64,000 bases of DNA, from IMG/VR virus record IMGVR_UViG_3300037153_000606; one strand, written 5' to 3'. This DNA is from a virus. The notes under the pieces are model-generated. The model was given only the letters and a program-made list of their open reading frames with translations. It did no database searches and was not told where the DNA came from. Below, one piece after another: positions 1 to 9,695 of this stretch. Position numbers and translations under genes: made by a program. Every line of letters starts with the position of its first letter. Position 1 is the stretch's first letter.

Positions 1-272
1 AGCTGGTCGAGGGCACCGTGATCAGCCGCAAGGACCAGGAGAACCCGTACAGCTACAACGGCGGCAGGATCTGGAAGATCTTGGTCGAGCAGGCCGACGG
101 TTCCCGGGTCTGGGGCACCGAGCCGGGTGCGTTCGTCACGGACAAGGGTGACAGAGTCAAGTTCATGGCCGCCGTCAAGGTCTCCGACAAGGACCCGGGG
201 TTCGGGTTCTACTCCCGGCCGACCGGCTTCGAGGTCGTCGAGCGCACCGCCGCCGAGGAGGTGGCGGTGTGA
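1..272 (+). CDS. phage hypothetical protein, C-terminal part (OB-fold-like); probably starts upstream of the window
   Basis: Frame is open from the window edge with phage-like codon use; ends KGDRVKFMAAVKVSDKDPGFGFYSRPT; GTGA overlap with the next gene. Confidence 0.7.
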   Translation, partial: LVEGTVISRKDQENPYSYNGGRIWKILVEQADGSRVWGTEPGAFVTDKGDRVKFMAAVKVSDKDPGFGFYSRPTGFEVVERTAAEEVAV

Positions 273-475
273 GCACCTGGCGGTTGACCCTGCGCGGGTA
301 CGGCTTCGAGATGCGCGGTGTCGCGAGCGGGGACGTGCTGCACGAAGTCATCAGAGATCTGGACACCTTCGGCAACGCGCACCACATCCAGCTGATCTTC
401 AGCAAGACCGGGGACGACTATCAGCCGTTCTCGGGTCCGGATCCGCAGGAGGACGTTCCGGGGTATCGGTCGTGA
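269..475 (+). CDS. hypothetical protein (68 aa)
   Basis: GAGGAGG RBS and GTGA overlaps on both sides. Confidence 0.75.
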   Translation: MSTWRLTLRGYGFEMRGVASGDVLHEVIRDLDTFGNAHHIQLIFSKTGDDYQPFSGPDPQEDVPGYRS

Positions 476-567
476 CCGCACTCATCGTGACTATCTGGGT
501 CGTCGTCGCGGTCATGGTCCTGTACGTGGTCGGTGAGCACTGGCTGGACCACAAGCGCGACGATTGA
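472..567 (+). CDS. small membrane protein (31 aa, MTALIVTIWVVVAVMVLYVVGEHWLDHKRDD)
   Basis: GTGA overlap; one hydrophobic helix with a charged tail. Confidence 0.65.
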   Translation: MTALIVTIWVVVAVMVLYVVGEHWLDHKRDD

Positions 568-650
568 CAACTCACGTTCTACAACTCATCTTGCGCCATG
601 GTGTATAATGGTGCTGTACGTTTCATCAACTACTTGAGGAGCCACACTCA
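564..650 (+). promoter_or_regulatory. AT-rich promoter/operator region: TTGACA (564), TATAAT (604), two ACAACTCA boxes (567, 581), GAGGAGCCA RBS
   Basis: Motifs read directly; the TTGACA-TATAAT spacing is non-canonical, so the exact promoter is uncertain. Confidence 0.6.
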
Positions 651-1537
651 TGGACAAGCAACTGGATCGCATCAGCAAACTGCTCCGGCAGGCCGAGAAG
701 GCCGGGACCCCGGAAGAGGCCGACGCCTTCATGGCCAAGGCGCAGCAGCTCGCCACCGCCACTGCCATCGATCTGGAGGTCGCTCGCCAGCACGTCGCCG
801 ACAAAGAGCGCCGCAAGGTGCCCACCATGCGCCAAGTCAAGATCGGCGAGCAGGGCAAGCGGCTGCTGCACACCTACGTCGAGCTGTTTTTGGCCATTGC
901 CCGCGCCAACGACATCACCTGCGACATCGCGCACAACTCCACCTACGTCTACGCCTTCGGCTTCGACACCGACATCGACGTAGCCGAGGCGCTCTACGCT
1001 TCGCTGGTGGTGCAGATGGTGGAGGCCTCCAATGCCTATCTGCACTCTGGTGAGTTCAAGGCCGAGAAGATCTGGGTGCCTGGTGGTTACCGTCGCACCG
1101 GCAAGCGTTACTACAACGAGTGGACCGATCGCTATGTCCAGGACACGGAGTACGTCGAGGGGCGGTACAAGTCCACTCCCACCATCACCGCCCGCAAGTC
1201 CTTCCAGGTGGCCTTCGCCCGCAAGGTCGGCCAGCGGCTCACTGAGGCCCGTGGGCAGGCCATCGCAGCCGCCGAGGCGGCCGAGGCCGAGCTGATCATT
1301 CCAGTGTCCGGAGTTCCGGATGCCGCCAGCACCGGGACCGCGCTGGTCCTGCGGGCCAAGGAGGTCGAGGTCCGCGACTTCTACAAGGCCACCTCGCGCG
1401 CACGCGGCTCCTACCGGGGCGGTCGTTCCTCAACCAGCTCCGGCCATGCCCGCAACGCGGGTCGCGAGGCCGGGGCCAAGGCTCGGCTCGGCGGGGAGCG
1501 GGCCATCGGCGGCGGCCGGAGGACGATCACCTCATGA
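650..1537 (+). CDS. DUF2786-domain protein (Rv0184-like)
   Basis: N-terminal LDRISKLLRQAE..TPEEADAFMAKAQQL signature; followed by an HExxH gene as in the Rv0184/Rv0185 pair. Confidence 0.85.
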   Translation: MDKQLDRISKLLRQAEKAGTPEEADAFMAKAQQLATATAIDLEVARQHVADKERRKVPTMRQVKIGEQGKRLLHTYVELFLAIARANDITCDIAHNSTYVYAFGFDTDIDVAEALYASLVVQMVEASNAYLHSGEFKAEKIWVPGGYRRTGKRYYNEWTDRYVQDTEYVEGRYKSTPTITARKSFQVAFARKVGQRLTEARGQAIAAAEAAEAELIIPVSGVPDAASTGTALVLRAKEVEVRDFYKATSRARGSYRGGRSSTSSGHARNAGREAGAKARLGGERAIGGGRRTITS

Positions 1538-2028
1538 GCGGGCGCGACTTCCAGCGATCCAAGGTCTACGCCGCCGAGATCGAGATGATCAACCTGGTCG
1601 ACACCGCGCAGAAGATGGGCATCACCACGCTGCGGATCGGCGCGTCGGACATCGCGGTGCCGATCGAGCGCAAGTTCGGCGACATGGACGGTGTGCAGCG
1701 CTACGTGGACCTGGTGCTCGGCGAGGTGGCCCGCGAGTACGGCGTCTCGGCAGACGTGCGGGTGCGTGAGCGCAAGGGCAACACCAAGGCGCATTACGAG
1801 TCCCCCGGCGGAGTGATCGCCGTGCCGCCGCACCAGGGCTCCCGGTCCTCGTGGGCGATGCGCGAGTTCGTGGTGCTGCACGAGATCGCGCACCACCTGA
1901 CCAACGGGCACCAGCACGACGGGGTGTTCGTGGCCGCCCTCGCCGACCTGTTCGGCCGCTTCGTCGGTCCCGAGGCGCAGTTCATGTTCACCGTCATCAC
2001 GCACCAGGGCAACGTGACGCACAGCTGA
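1534..2028 (+). CDS. HExxH metallohydrolase, Rv0185/TIGR04338-like
   Basis: RDFQRSKVYAAE start, VVLHEIAHHL...H.G.F; ATGA overlap. Confidence 0.85.
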   Translation: MSGRDFQRSKVYAAEIEMINLVDTAQKMGITTLRIGASDIAVPIERKFGDMDGVQRYVDLVLGEVAREYGVSADVRVRERKGNTKAHYESPGGVIAVPPHQGSRSSWAMREFVVLHEIAHHLTNGHQHDGVFVAALADLFGRFVGPEAQFMFTVITHQGNVTHS

Positions 2029-2029
2029 C

Positions 2030-2061
2030 CCTGTCCTGTCGGCCCCCTCCGGACGGAAGTA
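2030..2061 (+). promoter_or_regulatory. putative late promoter, copy 1 (CCTGTC-N20-GAAGTA)
   Basis: One of five intergenic copies with identical spacing. Confidence 0.7.
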
Positions 2062-2087
2062 GCGACACCCGTCCTGAGGAGGCCGAT

Positions 2088-2654
2088 ATGCCGTTGGCAG
2101 CGCTGGAACTGGCTCGTCTGGCGAACGAGACCGACATGATCGTGTTGCGGAACACCCGACCCGGTTACACGGTGTTCCAGGACGACAACACCAAGGTCAC
2201 GTTGGTCTTCGCCGGAGCAGGTGACCCGGCTGGTGAGGATGTGCAGCAGTGCTCGGCGGCGCTGCTGAAGAACTCCCGGCTGGTGCGGGCCGTCTCCATC
2301 GGGATCCTGCAGATCGAGGAAGCTCCCGAAGCGCTGCAGGCCGCTCTGGACGCTCAACGCAACGAGTACGAATCCCGTGAGGCGAAGATGGCCGAAGCGG
2401 CCGATCTCGCCCAGCGTGCGGCCGACCGGACCGTCGCCCGAGGCATCGCCTGCATCGCGCCGAAGGGGTCCCGAGGCGAGCTGTGCGGCTCCTACACGCT
2501 GGCTGCGCAGAACCCTCGGGAACGGCCTCCGTTGTGTGCCGAGCACCAGCACCTGGCCAGCCAGTACGCGATCATGGAGACGGACAACATCGACGACAAC
2601 GGCAAGGCTGAAGTGGTATGGCGGCGCGCGTCGCTGTCGCGGGCGCGCGGGTAA
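2088..2654 (+). CDS. hypothetical protein with C-terminal Cys/His cluster (probably virion-associated)
   Basis: GAGGAGG RBS before ATG 2088; C..C..C..H residues near the C-terminus. Confidence 0.8.
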   Translation: MPLAALELARLANETDMIVLRNTRPGYTVFQDDNTKVTLVFAGAGDPAGEDVQQCSAALLKNSRLVRAVSIGILQIEEAPEALQAALDAQRNEYESREAKMAEAADLAQRAADRTVARGIACIAPKGSRGELCGSYTLAAQNPRERPPLCAEHQHLASQYAIMETDNIDDNGKAEVVWRRASLSRARG

Positions 2655-2684
2655 GAAACCTATCCGGAGAAGGAAGAGAAGGAC

Positions 2685-3290
2685 ATGACCGATCCCAGCA
2701 CCCCCGACGTCCCCACCACCTCCGAGGCTGCCGCCGCAGGACCGCCCTCCGGTGAGACACCGGTCGCCACGGCGCAGTCCGCCGAGACGCCCGCCGATGA
2801 GGAGTCCGGCCAGGAATTCGTGCCGAACCCGCTGTTCCAGACCGGCGTGGTGGACACCTCTGGCCTGGGGGTTCCCGACATCAGCTCGGTCAGCCCGGTG
2901 CTGGACCAGGCGCGGTCCGACTCGCTGCAGGCGGCCATCGACGACCTGGAGTCCGATGCCCCGAACACCGGCAACGTGGTGCTGGGCGATCGGGACAAGG
3001 ACGAGGTGCTCGGTGAGCTAAAAGCCGCCCAGGAGGCGCACGAGGCCGCTGTGGCTGAGAAGGCCGGAGAGGGCGACGAGGCCGCCGAGGCCGCCGAGGC
3101 CGGTGAGGGCGAGGCTCCTGCCGCCGATGAGACGTCGGCGGGCACCGGGACCGCAGACAGCTCTGGCACTCAGGTGGAGGGCACCGTCGAAGGCACCGTG
3201 CACGGCACCGATGATCCGGCGTCCGAACCGGCCGCCGACAGTCAGGCCGAGGAGTCCGGGACTACCGACGAGTCCACGCCGCCAGCCTGA
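2685..3290 (+). CDS. acidic low-complexity protein
   Basis: AGAAGGA RBS; E/D/A-rich 201 aa. Confidence 0.75.
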   Translation: MTDPSTPDVPTTSEAAAAGPPSGETPVATAQSAETPADEESGQEFVPNPLFQTGVVDTSGLGVPDISSVSPVLDQARSDSLQAAIDDLESDAPNTGNVVLGDRDKDEVLGELKAAQEAHEAAVAEKAGEGDEAAEAAEAGEGEAPAADETSAGTGTADSSGTQVEGTVEGTVHGTDDPASEPAADSQAEESGTTDESTPPA

Positions 3291-3321
3291 TCCTCGGGCC
3301 CTTCTCCCGGAGATCTGTCCA

Positions 3322-3363
3322 GACCGACCGGCACGCCACTGACCCTTGGCGTGTCGGTCGGTC
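3322..3363 (+). terminator. 17-bp hairpin, probable intrinsic terminator
   Basis: GACCGACCGGCACGCCA / TGGCGTGTCGGTCGGTC inverted repeat after the stop codon. Confidence 0.65.
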
Positions 3364-3395
3364 CATGCCGGGGCCCGGCGCTCGGAGGCGAAGTA
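3364..3395 (+). promoter_or_regulatory. putative late promoter, copy 2 (CATGCC-N20-GAAGTA)
   Basis: Same spacing as the other copies; directly after the terminator hairpin. Confidence 0.65.
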
Positions 3396-3442
3396 GTGCG
3401 ATGCGCGGCGGTTCCGGCCCAGGCCAGAGAGGCAGCGGATAG

Positions 3443-4087
3443 ATGACGGCCAATACCACGCCCCGGTTGGGGCTGATGCTGCCAGTCGGTTCCGACACCT
3501 TCACTCCGGATGACTTCATCTCCACCTTCACCAAGCTCGACGGAGTACCCGGGATCACTCCGGTGTCGAGCTATGCCGCATTGCCGACCGGCCTGACCGA
3601 GAAGCAGCACGGATCGGTCTACATGCAGACCGACAACCTGGCCCAGTGGATGTGGAACAAGCCGACCTCGACCTCGACCGGCGTGTGGCAACGGATCAAC
3701 TCGGTCGGTTTCCTCGGCAGTGCCCCGGCCATGACGAAGAGCTACACCAACAGCACCACTTCGGAGACCGGTGCGCCGACCATCCAGACCGTCACCGTGA
3801 AAGCGCCAGGTGGTCGCCGTCTCGGCGTCTACGCCCGTATCTCGTCGATGAGCCACAGCGCGTCGGGCGTCACCGAGATCTTTATCGTGTATAACGGCAC
3901 GACGGTCGTCGTCAGGGGTTATGGGAGTTCCGGCAATACCACCGGCAACTCGCAGGAACTTTACTACATCACCGGGGTGGCTTCGGTGGGCCAGAGCCTC
4001 CAATTCGACTTCAGGTTCCGGCCCTACAACGCAGGTACGTCAACTGCCAACAACGGCGGCAGCGCCCTGTACGTCTGGGAGATCTAG
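3443..4087 (+). CDS. minor virion / fibre-like protein
   Basis: MTANTTPRLGL start typical of actinophage minor tail proteins; S/T/G-rich. Confidence 0.7.
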   Translation: MTANTTPRLGLMLPVGSDTFTPDDFISTFTKLDGVPGITPVSSYAALPTGLTEKQHGSVYMQTDNLAQWMWNKPTSTSTGVWQRINSVGFLGSAPAMTKSYTNSTTSETGAPTIQTVTVKAPGGRRLGVYARISSMSHSASGVTEIFIVYNGTTVVVRGYGSSGNTTGNSQELYYITGVASVGQSLQFDFRFRPYNAGTSTANNGGSALYVWEI

Positions 4088-4093
4088 TTCGCG

Positions 4094-4939
4094 ATGGCCG
4101 ACAGCGACCGGGCCTACGTCTCTCAGTACTCGCAGGAGACGCTCGGCCTGATGCTCGCAGTGGCCTCGGTACCCACCGACGCCGACGGCACCGTGCTGGT
4201 CACCGTGTCCAACCAGGACACCCAGGCCACGCTGTTCCAGCGGGTCGCCGATCACGTCGGCGTCGGGCAGTACCAGATCGATCTGACGCCGGACGACACG
4301 GCGGTGCTGGGCAACTACATCGCGCAGTGGGCCTACCAGCTCAACGGCGCGCAGAAGAGCTACAACGGCTACTACTCCATCGGCGGCGCAGAACCGGCCT
4401 ACGACCAGCTCACCCCCGCGCTGAAGCAGATCGTGGACAACGTCTGGATCCGCTTCGCCGACCTGTTCGACTCGCCGTCCGGCGGCCCGAACCTGCAGAC
4501 CTACTTCCAGACCAACTGGAACCGGGGCCGTATCGCCCAGTTGATGGGGTTCGCGGTCGGCTACCTGAACACCATGGCGCAGCCGTACTCGACCTACACG
4601 GCGGCCACCTTCCCGGTCGACCAGTGGGGTTCGCTGCTCGAACAAAGCACCTACGTGGAGTGCCTGAAGCACCTGCGGCGCAGCTACGTCGAACAGCCCG
4701 AATACCAGGGCGGCTCGATCTCCCGGCTGGACCGGCGTGACTACCTGCAACGCTGGGAGGACGTGCTCGCCGACGAACAGGCGCTGCTGAAGGGCCAGAT
4801 GGACACCTTCAAGATCAGCCAGATGATGCTCGGTCGTCCGGCCGTGCTCGTCTCCGGCGGAGTGTTCGGCAGGTGGGCCCCGTCCGCCTACCCGGGCAAC
4901 ATGGGACGCCCCCGGCTGTGGTGGTCGAATTATTTTTAG
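4094..4939 (+). CDS. probable head-to-tail adaptor / neck protein
   Basis: 281-aa ORF with good codon bias upstream of the tail genes; function inferred from position. Confidence 0.55.
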   Translation: MADSDRAYVSQYSQETLGLMLAVASVPTDADGTVLVTVSNQDTQATLFQRVADHVGVGQYQIDLTPDDTAVLGNYIAQWAYQLNGAQKSYNGYYSIGGAEPAYDQLTPALKQIVDNVWIRFADLFDSPSGGPNLQTYFQTNWNRGRIAQLMGFAVGYLNTMAQPYSTYTAATFPVDQWGSLLEQSTYVECLKHLRRSYVEQPEYQGGSISRLDRRDYLQRWEDVLADEQALLKGQMDTFKISQMMLGRPAVLVSGGVFGRWAPSAYPGNMGRPRLWWSNYF

Positions 4940-4974
4940 ACTATTCAGTAATCTGACCGTGCTACGGTCCCACT

Positions 4975-5484
4975 ATGGTCAACCCGACATGGGACACCAG
5001 CAGGGTCGAGGACGTCACCGAGCACTTCTGGAGTCGGGTCGACGGATCCGGTGGGCAGGACGCTTGTTGGCCGTGGACTGGCCCTCCGATGAAGTCGGGA
5101 TACGGGCAGCTCAACCTCAAGGCGCTCGGCGGCCACGTCTACGCCCACCGGATGGCCTTCATCCTGTTCTACGGGCCGATCCCGGATGAGGCGTCCGTCG
5201 ATCACGAGTGTCACAACCGCGATCACTCCTGTGCGGGCGGGAACAGTTGTCCGCACCGCCTGTGCTGCAACCCGAAGCACCTGAAGGCCAAGACGCGGGG
5301 CGAGAACGTCAAGGCCGCCTACGAGGGCCGCCAGCGCGGATCCAACATCACGCACTGCCCGCACAACCACGAGTACACGCCGGAGAACACCAAGACCACC
5401 GGCCACGGTCGGCAATGCCGGACCTGCCTGCGGAAGAGAGCCAACGAGTACTACGCCCGGAAACGAGCCGAGCGCAATAGTTGA
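4975..5484 (+). CDS. HNH homing endonuclease
   Basis: FWSRVD..CWPWTG..GYG..AHRMAF..G.IP..VDH.C..CCNPKHL..T..EN, plus C-terminal THCP.NHEYTPENT..RQCRTC zinc module. Confidence 0.92.
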   Translation: MVNPTWDTSRVEDVTEHFWSRVDGSGGQDACWPWTGPPMKSGYGQLNLKALGGHVYAHRMAFILFYGPIPDEASVDHECHNRDHSCAGGNSCPHRLCCNPKHLKAKTRGENVKAAYEGRQRGSNITHCPHNHEYTPENTKTTGHGRQCRTCLRKRANEYYARKRAERNS

Positions 5485-5500
5485 TCTTGGTTTGGCCTGT

Positions 5501-5532
5501 CCTGCCGTGTGTACCGATCCCGCCGCGAAGTA
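5501..5532 (+). promoter_or_regulatory. putative late promoter, copy 3 (CCTGCC-N20-GAAGTA)
   Basis: Intergenic, exact spacing. Confidence 0.7.
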
Positions 5533-5563
5533 GGGAGCGCGGACTGACGGACGGAGACCGGGC

Positions 5564-5908
5564 ATGGCCATCGCCACCGATACCGAGAAGAACTCGATCA
5601 TCACCAAGTACGGTTCCGACGTGGTGGCTTTTTCGCTGCACTCGGCCGACCCGGGAACCACCGGGGCGAACGAGTTGGGCGGCGGGTCACCCCCGTACGC
5701 CCGGAAGGCACCGGCCTGGTCCGCCCCGAACGCGGGTGTGATCACCAGCCAGACCGTCTTCGACATCCCTGCGGGGGCCACTGTGGCCTGGGTGGGGGCC
5801 TGGTCGTCGGTCTCCGGCGGCACCTTCCTGGACAAGGCCCAGGTCTCCCAGCAGCAGTTCAACAGCCAGGGCCAGTACCAGGTCAACGCCACGGCCACAG
5901 CGCAGTAG
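5564..5908 (+). CDS. small virion structural protein
   Basis: LHSADPGTTGANEL.GG..YAR..W motif common in actinophage structural genes; GGAGA RBS. Confidence 0.75.
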   Translation: MAIATDTEKNSIITKYGSDVVAFSLHSADPGTTGANELGGGSPPYARKAPAWSAPNAGVITSQTVFDIPAGATVAWVGAWSSVSGGTFLDKAQVSQQQFNSQGQYQVNATATAQ

Positions 5909-5918
5909 GGGGTGGCCC

Positions 5919-7529
5919 ATGGTCCCGCAGCAGCGGGACGTTCTGAACTATGACGCCACGTCGGTCTCCAACGCGTCTTTCAGCATCCCGCTACCTTCCA
6001 CCGTCACCGGCACCGACGGGGACGGCAACCCGATCTACACGATCACCATCCAGCCCGATGACTGGGGCATCGTGCTGGTGGTCTGGTCGGCGGTCAGTGG
6101 TTCCCCGCTCGCCGGGCTGAGCACCTCCTGGCAGGTGCTGCAACCGCCGACGGTGGCCAACCAGGTGTGTTTCGCGGTGCTGGCACGCCAATTCGTCGAT
6201 GGCGACACGGTCGTCGACATCGAGCTGACCGACAGCAGGTTCCTGCTCGCGGTCGGTATCTGGTACTCCGGCGCGGACCGGGTTGACACAGTGGGACAGC
6301 CGGGGATCAACCCGAGCGCGGTGCTGCAGACCTCGACCGCGCCGTCGATGGTCGCCTCTGGCGCGTCCGACGAGCTGGGCCTGTCGCTGTTCGTCTCGGC
6401 GATGCGGTCCGTGCCGCCGGTGGTGCAGGTCAGCCAGGGCACCGTGGTAGTCGGCAGGACCGGCAATCCGAACACGGTGCTCGGCCTGATCGCCGCCGGG
6501 CCGCTCTCAGGACCCGGGCCCACCGGGGACGTCATCGCCACCTACGACACAGGCGCACAGTCCCGCGCCGGGATCCAGCTCGGCCTGCTGACGCTCGGCG
6601 GGCAGATCGCCGGGACCGCCAGCTTCGGGACCCAGGTGACCCTCGCGGCCACCGGCGTCCCGGCACGGCCTACCGACGCCGCATTCGCTGTTGCGGTCGC
6701 ACTGGCCGTCACCGGCCTATCCGGTAGTCAGGCCGCGTTCACCCCGACGGTCGTACTCAGCGCAGTGGGGCGACCGATCGTCCCGATCAACCTCAACCCG
6801 GTCGTCAACCTGAGCACCGTCGGGCAGATACGCGGCTTCGCCACGAAGACCATGACCATCGGGCTGGCCACCATCGGCTCGCCCCACTTCACCGGCACGC
6901 CCGCGTTCAACCCGAGGGTCGTCCTCGCCGCCACCGGGGTGAAGAAGGTCAGCGGCATGATCGGCCTCGGCCCCACCGTGACACTCTCCACGCGGGGTCG
7001 GGCGCTGACCTGGGCACGTCCCGGTTTCACCGTCACCGTCCGGCTGGCGGCACTGGGCACCCCGACCATTCCCGGCACCGCCCATTTCCGGCCCGGCGTC
7101 ACGTTGTTCACCCGGCGCAACGGGGTCTTCATCCTCGGCACGGCGGGCTGGGGGCCGTTGGTCACACTGCGCGCCGCCGGTGTGTTGATGGCCACCTCCG
7201 GCAGTGCGGACTTCACCCCCGAGATCACTCTGACCGCCGACGGCACTCCGGACTTCACACCGGTCGGGGAAGTCGATTTCGGACTGCGGGTGACACTGGC
7301 CGCCGACGGGTTCTCGCTGCCGCGCGGCCCGGTGGGTGTCACCATCAAACCGGTGCTGCAGGAACCGGATCCGGACTGGCACGGGCGGCCCAAGGACGAG
7401 TACGACTGGCGGGTGGACCTGCCGGTCGGCACGGCCGGGTTCGATACTGAGGTCACCCTGATCGCCGAAGGCGGCGAGCTGCTCGGCGCGACCCAGCACG
7501 CCGCGCACACGTGGAGCGTGGACGAATGA
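5919..7529 (+). CDS. virion fibre/whisker-like protein with ~20-aa beta repeats
   Basis: About 12 copies of F.P.VTL.A.G-like units in the C-terminal half. Confidence 0.7.
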   Translation: MVPQQRDVLNYDATSVSNASFSIPLPSTVTGTDGDGNPIYTITIQPDDWGIVLVVWSAVSGSPLAGLSTSWQVLQPPTVANQVCFAVLARQFVDGDTVVDIELTDSRFLLAVGIWYSGADRVDTVGQPGINPSAVLQTSTAPSMVASGASDELGLSLFVSAMRSVPPVVQVSQGTVVVGRTGNPNTVLGLIAAGPLSGPGPTGDVIATYDTGAQSRAGIQLGLLTLGGQIAGTASFGTQVTLAATGVPARPTDAAFAVAVALAVTGLSGSQAAFTPTVVLSAVGRPIVPINLNPVVNLSTVGQIRGFATKTMTIGLATIGSPHFTGTPAFNPRVVLAATGVKKVSGMIGLGPTVTLSTRGRALTWARPGFTVTVRLAALGTPTIPGTAHFRPGVTLFTRRNGVFILGTAGWGPLVTLRAAGVLMATSGSADFTPEITLTADGTPDFTPVGEVDFGLRVTLAADGFSLPRGPVGVTIKPVLQEPDPDWHGRPKDEYDWRVDLPVGTAGFDTEVTLIAEGGELLGATQHAAHTWSVDE

Positions 7530-8233
7530 CGCAGCCGAAACCGTTCCTCCCGGTGCAGCCGAACAACCAGCCCTACTACGTGCGCGAGGTGCAGAACTGG
7601 GCGATCCAGCAGGAACGGCAGAGGCATATCGAAGCAATCCTCTGGGTCGGAGAGCCGACTCTGTTTCTGTTGCTCTGGAAAGTGGAGGACTACGAGGCCG
7701 GGTACGTGGCCCGGTGCCCGCGTTGCCGCCTGTCCGACGACTCGCTCAACGACCGCATCGAGAAGGTCTACCAGCAGCCGGTACAGGCCACCTGCCCGTA
7801 CTGCTTCGGCACCACTTTCGACGGCGGGGTGCGGGCCAAGGTGGTCCGGCCCGCGATCTTCACCGACTCCAACGAGATCGAGCGCAAGTCGGCCCGGGGC
7901 GTGATCTATCCGGAGAGCTGCGTGGTGGAGAGCACCGACGACTTCCGGGCCCGGCAGGGCGACTACGCCTGTCGTCAGGACGGATCGCGCTGGCAGTTGT
8001 CCCAGCCGAACGGGATCCAGCTGCGCACCGGGTATGCACACCCGGCCCAGGCCAACGCCGCGCTCGGCTACGCGCAGATCCCGGCCACCCGCCAGGACCC
8101 GTCCAGCGTGGCTTTCCAGATCCCGCCCAACGACGCCGAGCTGGGTGGCTGGCTCACCTCGCCGCAGTACTGGCCCACACCGGCCAACGACATGGTCGCG
8201 GGCCCGGCCATCCCGGGTGGGGAGGTGCCGTAG
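7526..8233 (+). CDS. probable head-closure/neck protein with CxxC pairs
   Basis: ATGA overlap; CPRC...CPYCFGT.F.GG. Confidence 0.65.
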   Translation: MTQPKPFLPVQPNNQPYYVREVQNWAIQQERQRHIEAILWVGEPTLFLLLWKVEDYEAGYVARCPRCRLSDDSLNDRIEKVYQQPVQATCPYCFGTTFDGGVRAKVVRPAIFTDSNEIERKSARGVIYPESCVVESTDDFRARQGDYACRQDGSRWQLSQPNGIQLRTGYAHPAQANAALGYAQIPATRQDPSSVAFQIPPNDAELGGWLTSPQYWPTPANDMVAGPAIPGGEVP

Positions 8234-8964
8234 TGCCGCTGGAGATGCTGCCCGAGTCGCGGCTGAGCTGGGACCCGGACCGGATCGTGATCCTGGTCGA
8301 CTCGACCGGCGGGTTGGACACCAACCTGCTGGCTGAGCAGGCGGTGCACGAGGCACGGGTGGTGATGCCGAAGGTCACCGGCTATCTGGTGACCACGCTG
8401 CGGGCCATCCACGGCGACAACTTCTTCGGCATCTACTTCCCGGACAAGCGGGTCCGGTACCTGGAACAGGGCACCGGGCCGTTCACCATGAACAACCTGG
8501 CCGGGAAGACCGTCCCGATGTGGATCGACGACCCGAGCGGGAAGGAGCGGGCCGCCAACCCGAAAGCGAAGACCCGGACCACCGTGGACGGCCGGACCCA
8601 GGTGCTCATCTTCCGGCGCGCGGCGCTCAAGGGGTCGCGCCGCAACGTGCGCAGAACGCTCCCAGGCGGCCGTACCCGCGTCGTCAGCGTCCCGGCCTCC
8701 TATCCGGGTGCGGCGGGCCGGATCAGCCGCCGTGAGGCCTCTCAGCCCCTCACCACGGCAGGCCGTCAGGGCGGCCGGGTGGCACGCGGCAACGTCGGGG
8801 TGCGCTGGCGGCACCCCGGCATCACCGGACGCCAGTTCCTCAACTACGCGATGTCGGTCACCGCCATCACCAACGGATTGGGTGTGGACGTGGTCTACCT
8901 CGCCGACGCGGTGACCATCTTCACGCTGCTGCGCAAGTACACCCAGGGAGGTGGCAGCGCATGA
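8233..8964 (+). CDS. probable neck / tail-completion protein (basic)
   Basis: GGAGG RBS, TAGTG overlap; YLEQGT.PF..W.HPG...RQFL motifs. Confidence 0.65.
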   Translation: MPLEMLPESRLSWDPDRIVILVDSTGGLDTNLLAEQAVHEARVVMPKVTGYLVTTLRAIHGDNFFGIYFPDKRVRYLEQGTGPFTMNNLAGKTVPMWIDDPSGKERAANPKAKTRTTVDGRTQVLIFRRAALKGSRRNVRRTLPGGRTRVVSVPASYPGAAGRISRREASQPLTTAGRQGGRVARGNVGVRWRHPGITGRQFLNYAMSVTAITNGLGVDVVYLADAVTIFTLLRKYTQGGGSA

Positions 8965-9626
8965 CCGCACCGCACACCGGCTACCTGACCCGGCTCAAGG
9001 GCTGCGTCGTGGACGCGCTGTCCACGGTGTTCAATTCGACCTTCCCCGACCCGCGTTTCCGGGGTCTGAAGGTGTCCATCGAGTACCCGTTGGACCAGCA
9101 GAGCTACCCCTCGATCTGGGTGAACTACGACGACTCGGACTCGCTGGAGATCGCTTCGATCGACCATCGCGAGTTCCTGGTCGATACCGACGGCCTGCAT
9201 CACGAGGTAACCCGGTGGAACTTCGCCGGATCAGTCACCCTCACCGTGGTCGCGCTGAGTTCGCTGGAGCGCGACGCGCTCTATGACGAGGTGGTGCGCA
9301 TCTTCGCGTTCAGTCGGATCGAGGAGGCCAATCCGGACTTCCGCACCATTCTGGAGACCAACGACTTCCTGTATCTCGCGGTCAACTGGGACCAGTTGCG
9401 CCCGCACGGGGATGCCGCCGCCCCGGGTACCCCGTGGGGCAGCGAGGACGAGGTCATCTACGAGCGGTCGCTGGGCTTCGACGTGGAAGGTGAGTTCGTC
9501 TCCGACTGGCGTACCAACACCCTGGTGCCGCTGCGGGAGATCGTGGTGGTCGGCGAGGCGGTCAACGATGCGGGTGATCCGCTCGGGCTGGAACCAATGA
9601 TCCTCGGTATCGGCCGCACCGACTGA
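8961..9626 (+). CDS. probable tail terminator protein
   Basis: Immediately precedes the sheath; YP...YPSI.V motif. Confidence 0.6.
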   Translation: MTAPHTGYLTRLKGCVVDALSTVFNSTFPDPRFRGLKVSIEYPLDQQSYPSIWVNYDDSDSLEIASIDHREFLVDTDGLHHEVTRWNFAGSVTLTVVALSSLERDALYDEVVRIFAFSRIEEANPDFRTILETNDFLYLAVNWDQLRPHGDAAAPGTPWGSEDEVIYERSLGFDVEGEFVSDWRTNTLVPLREIVVVGEAVNDAGDPLGLEPMILGIGRTD

Positions 9627-9629
9627 CCT

Positions 9630-9661
9630 CCTGCCCTGCCACCGGGCCGCGCAGCGAAGTA
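9630..9661 (+). promoter_or_regulatory. putative late promoter, copy 4 (CCTGCC-N20-GAAGTA)
   Basis: Intergenic, upstream of the sheath gene, exact spacing. Confidence 0.7.
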
Positions 9662-9695
9662 ACGAGCCTTCGCGTCCATCAGCCAGGAGGGCCTC

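Noticed and set aside
564-609. Single consensus promoter TTGACA...TATAAT
   Set aside because: The 34-bp spacing is too long for one sigma-70-type promoter
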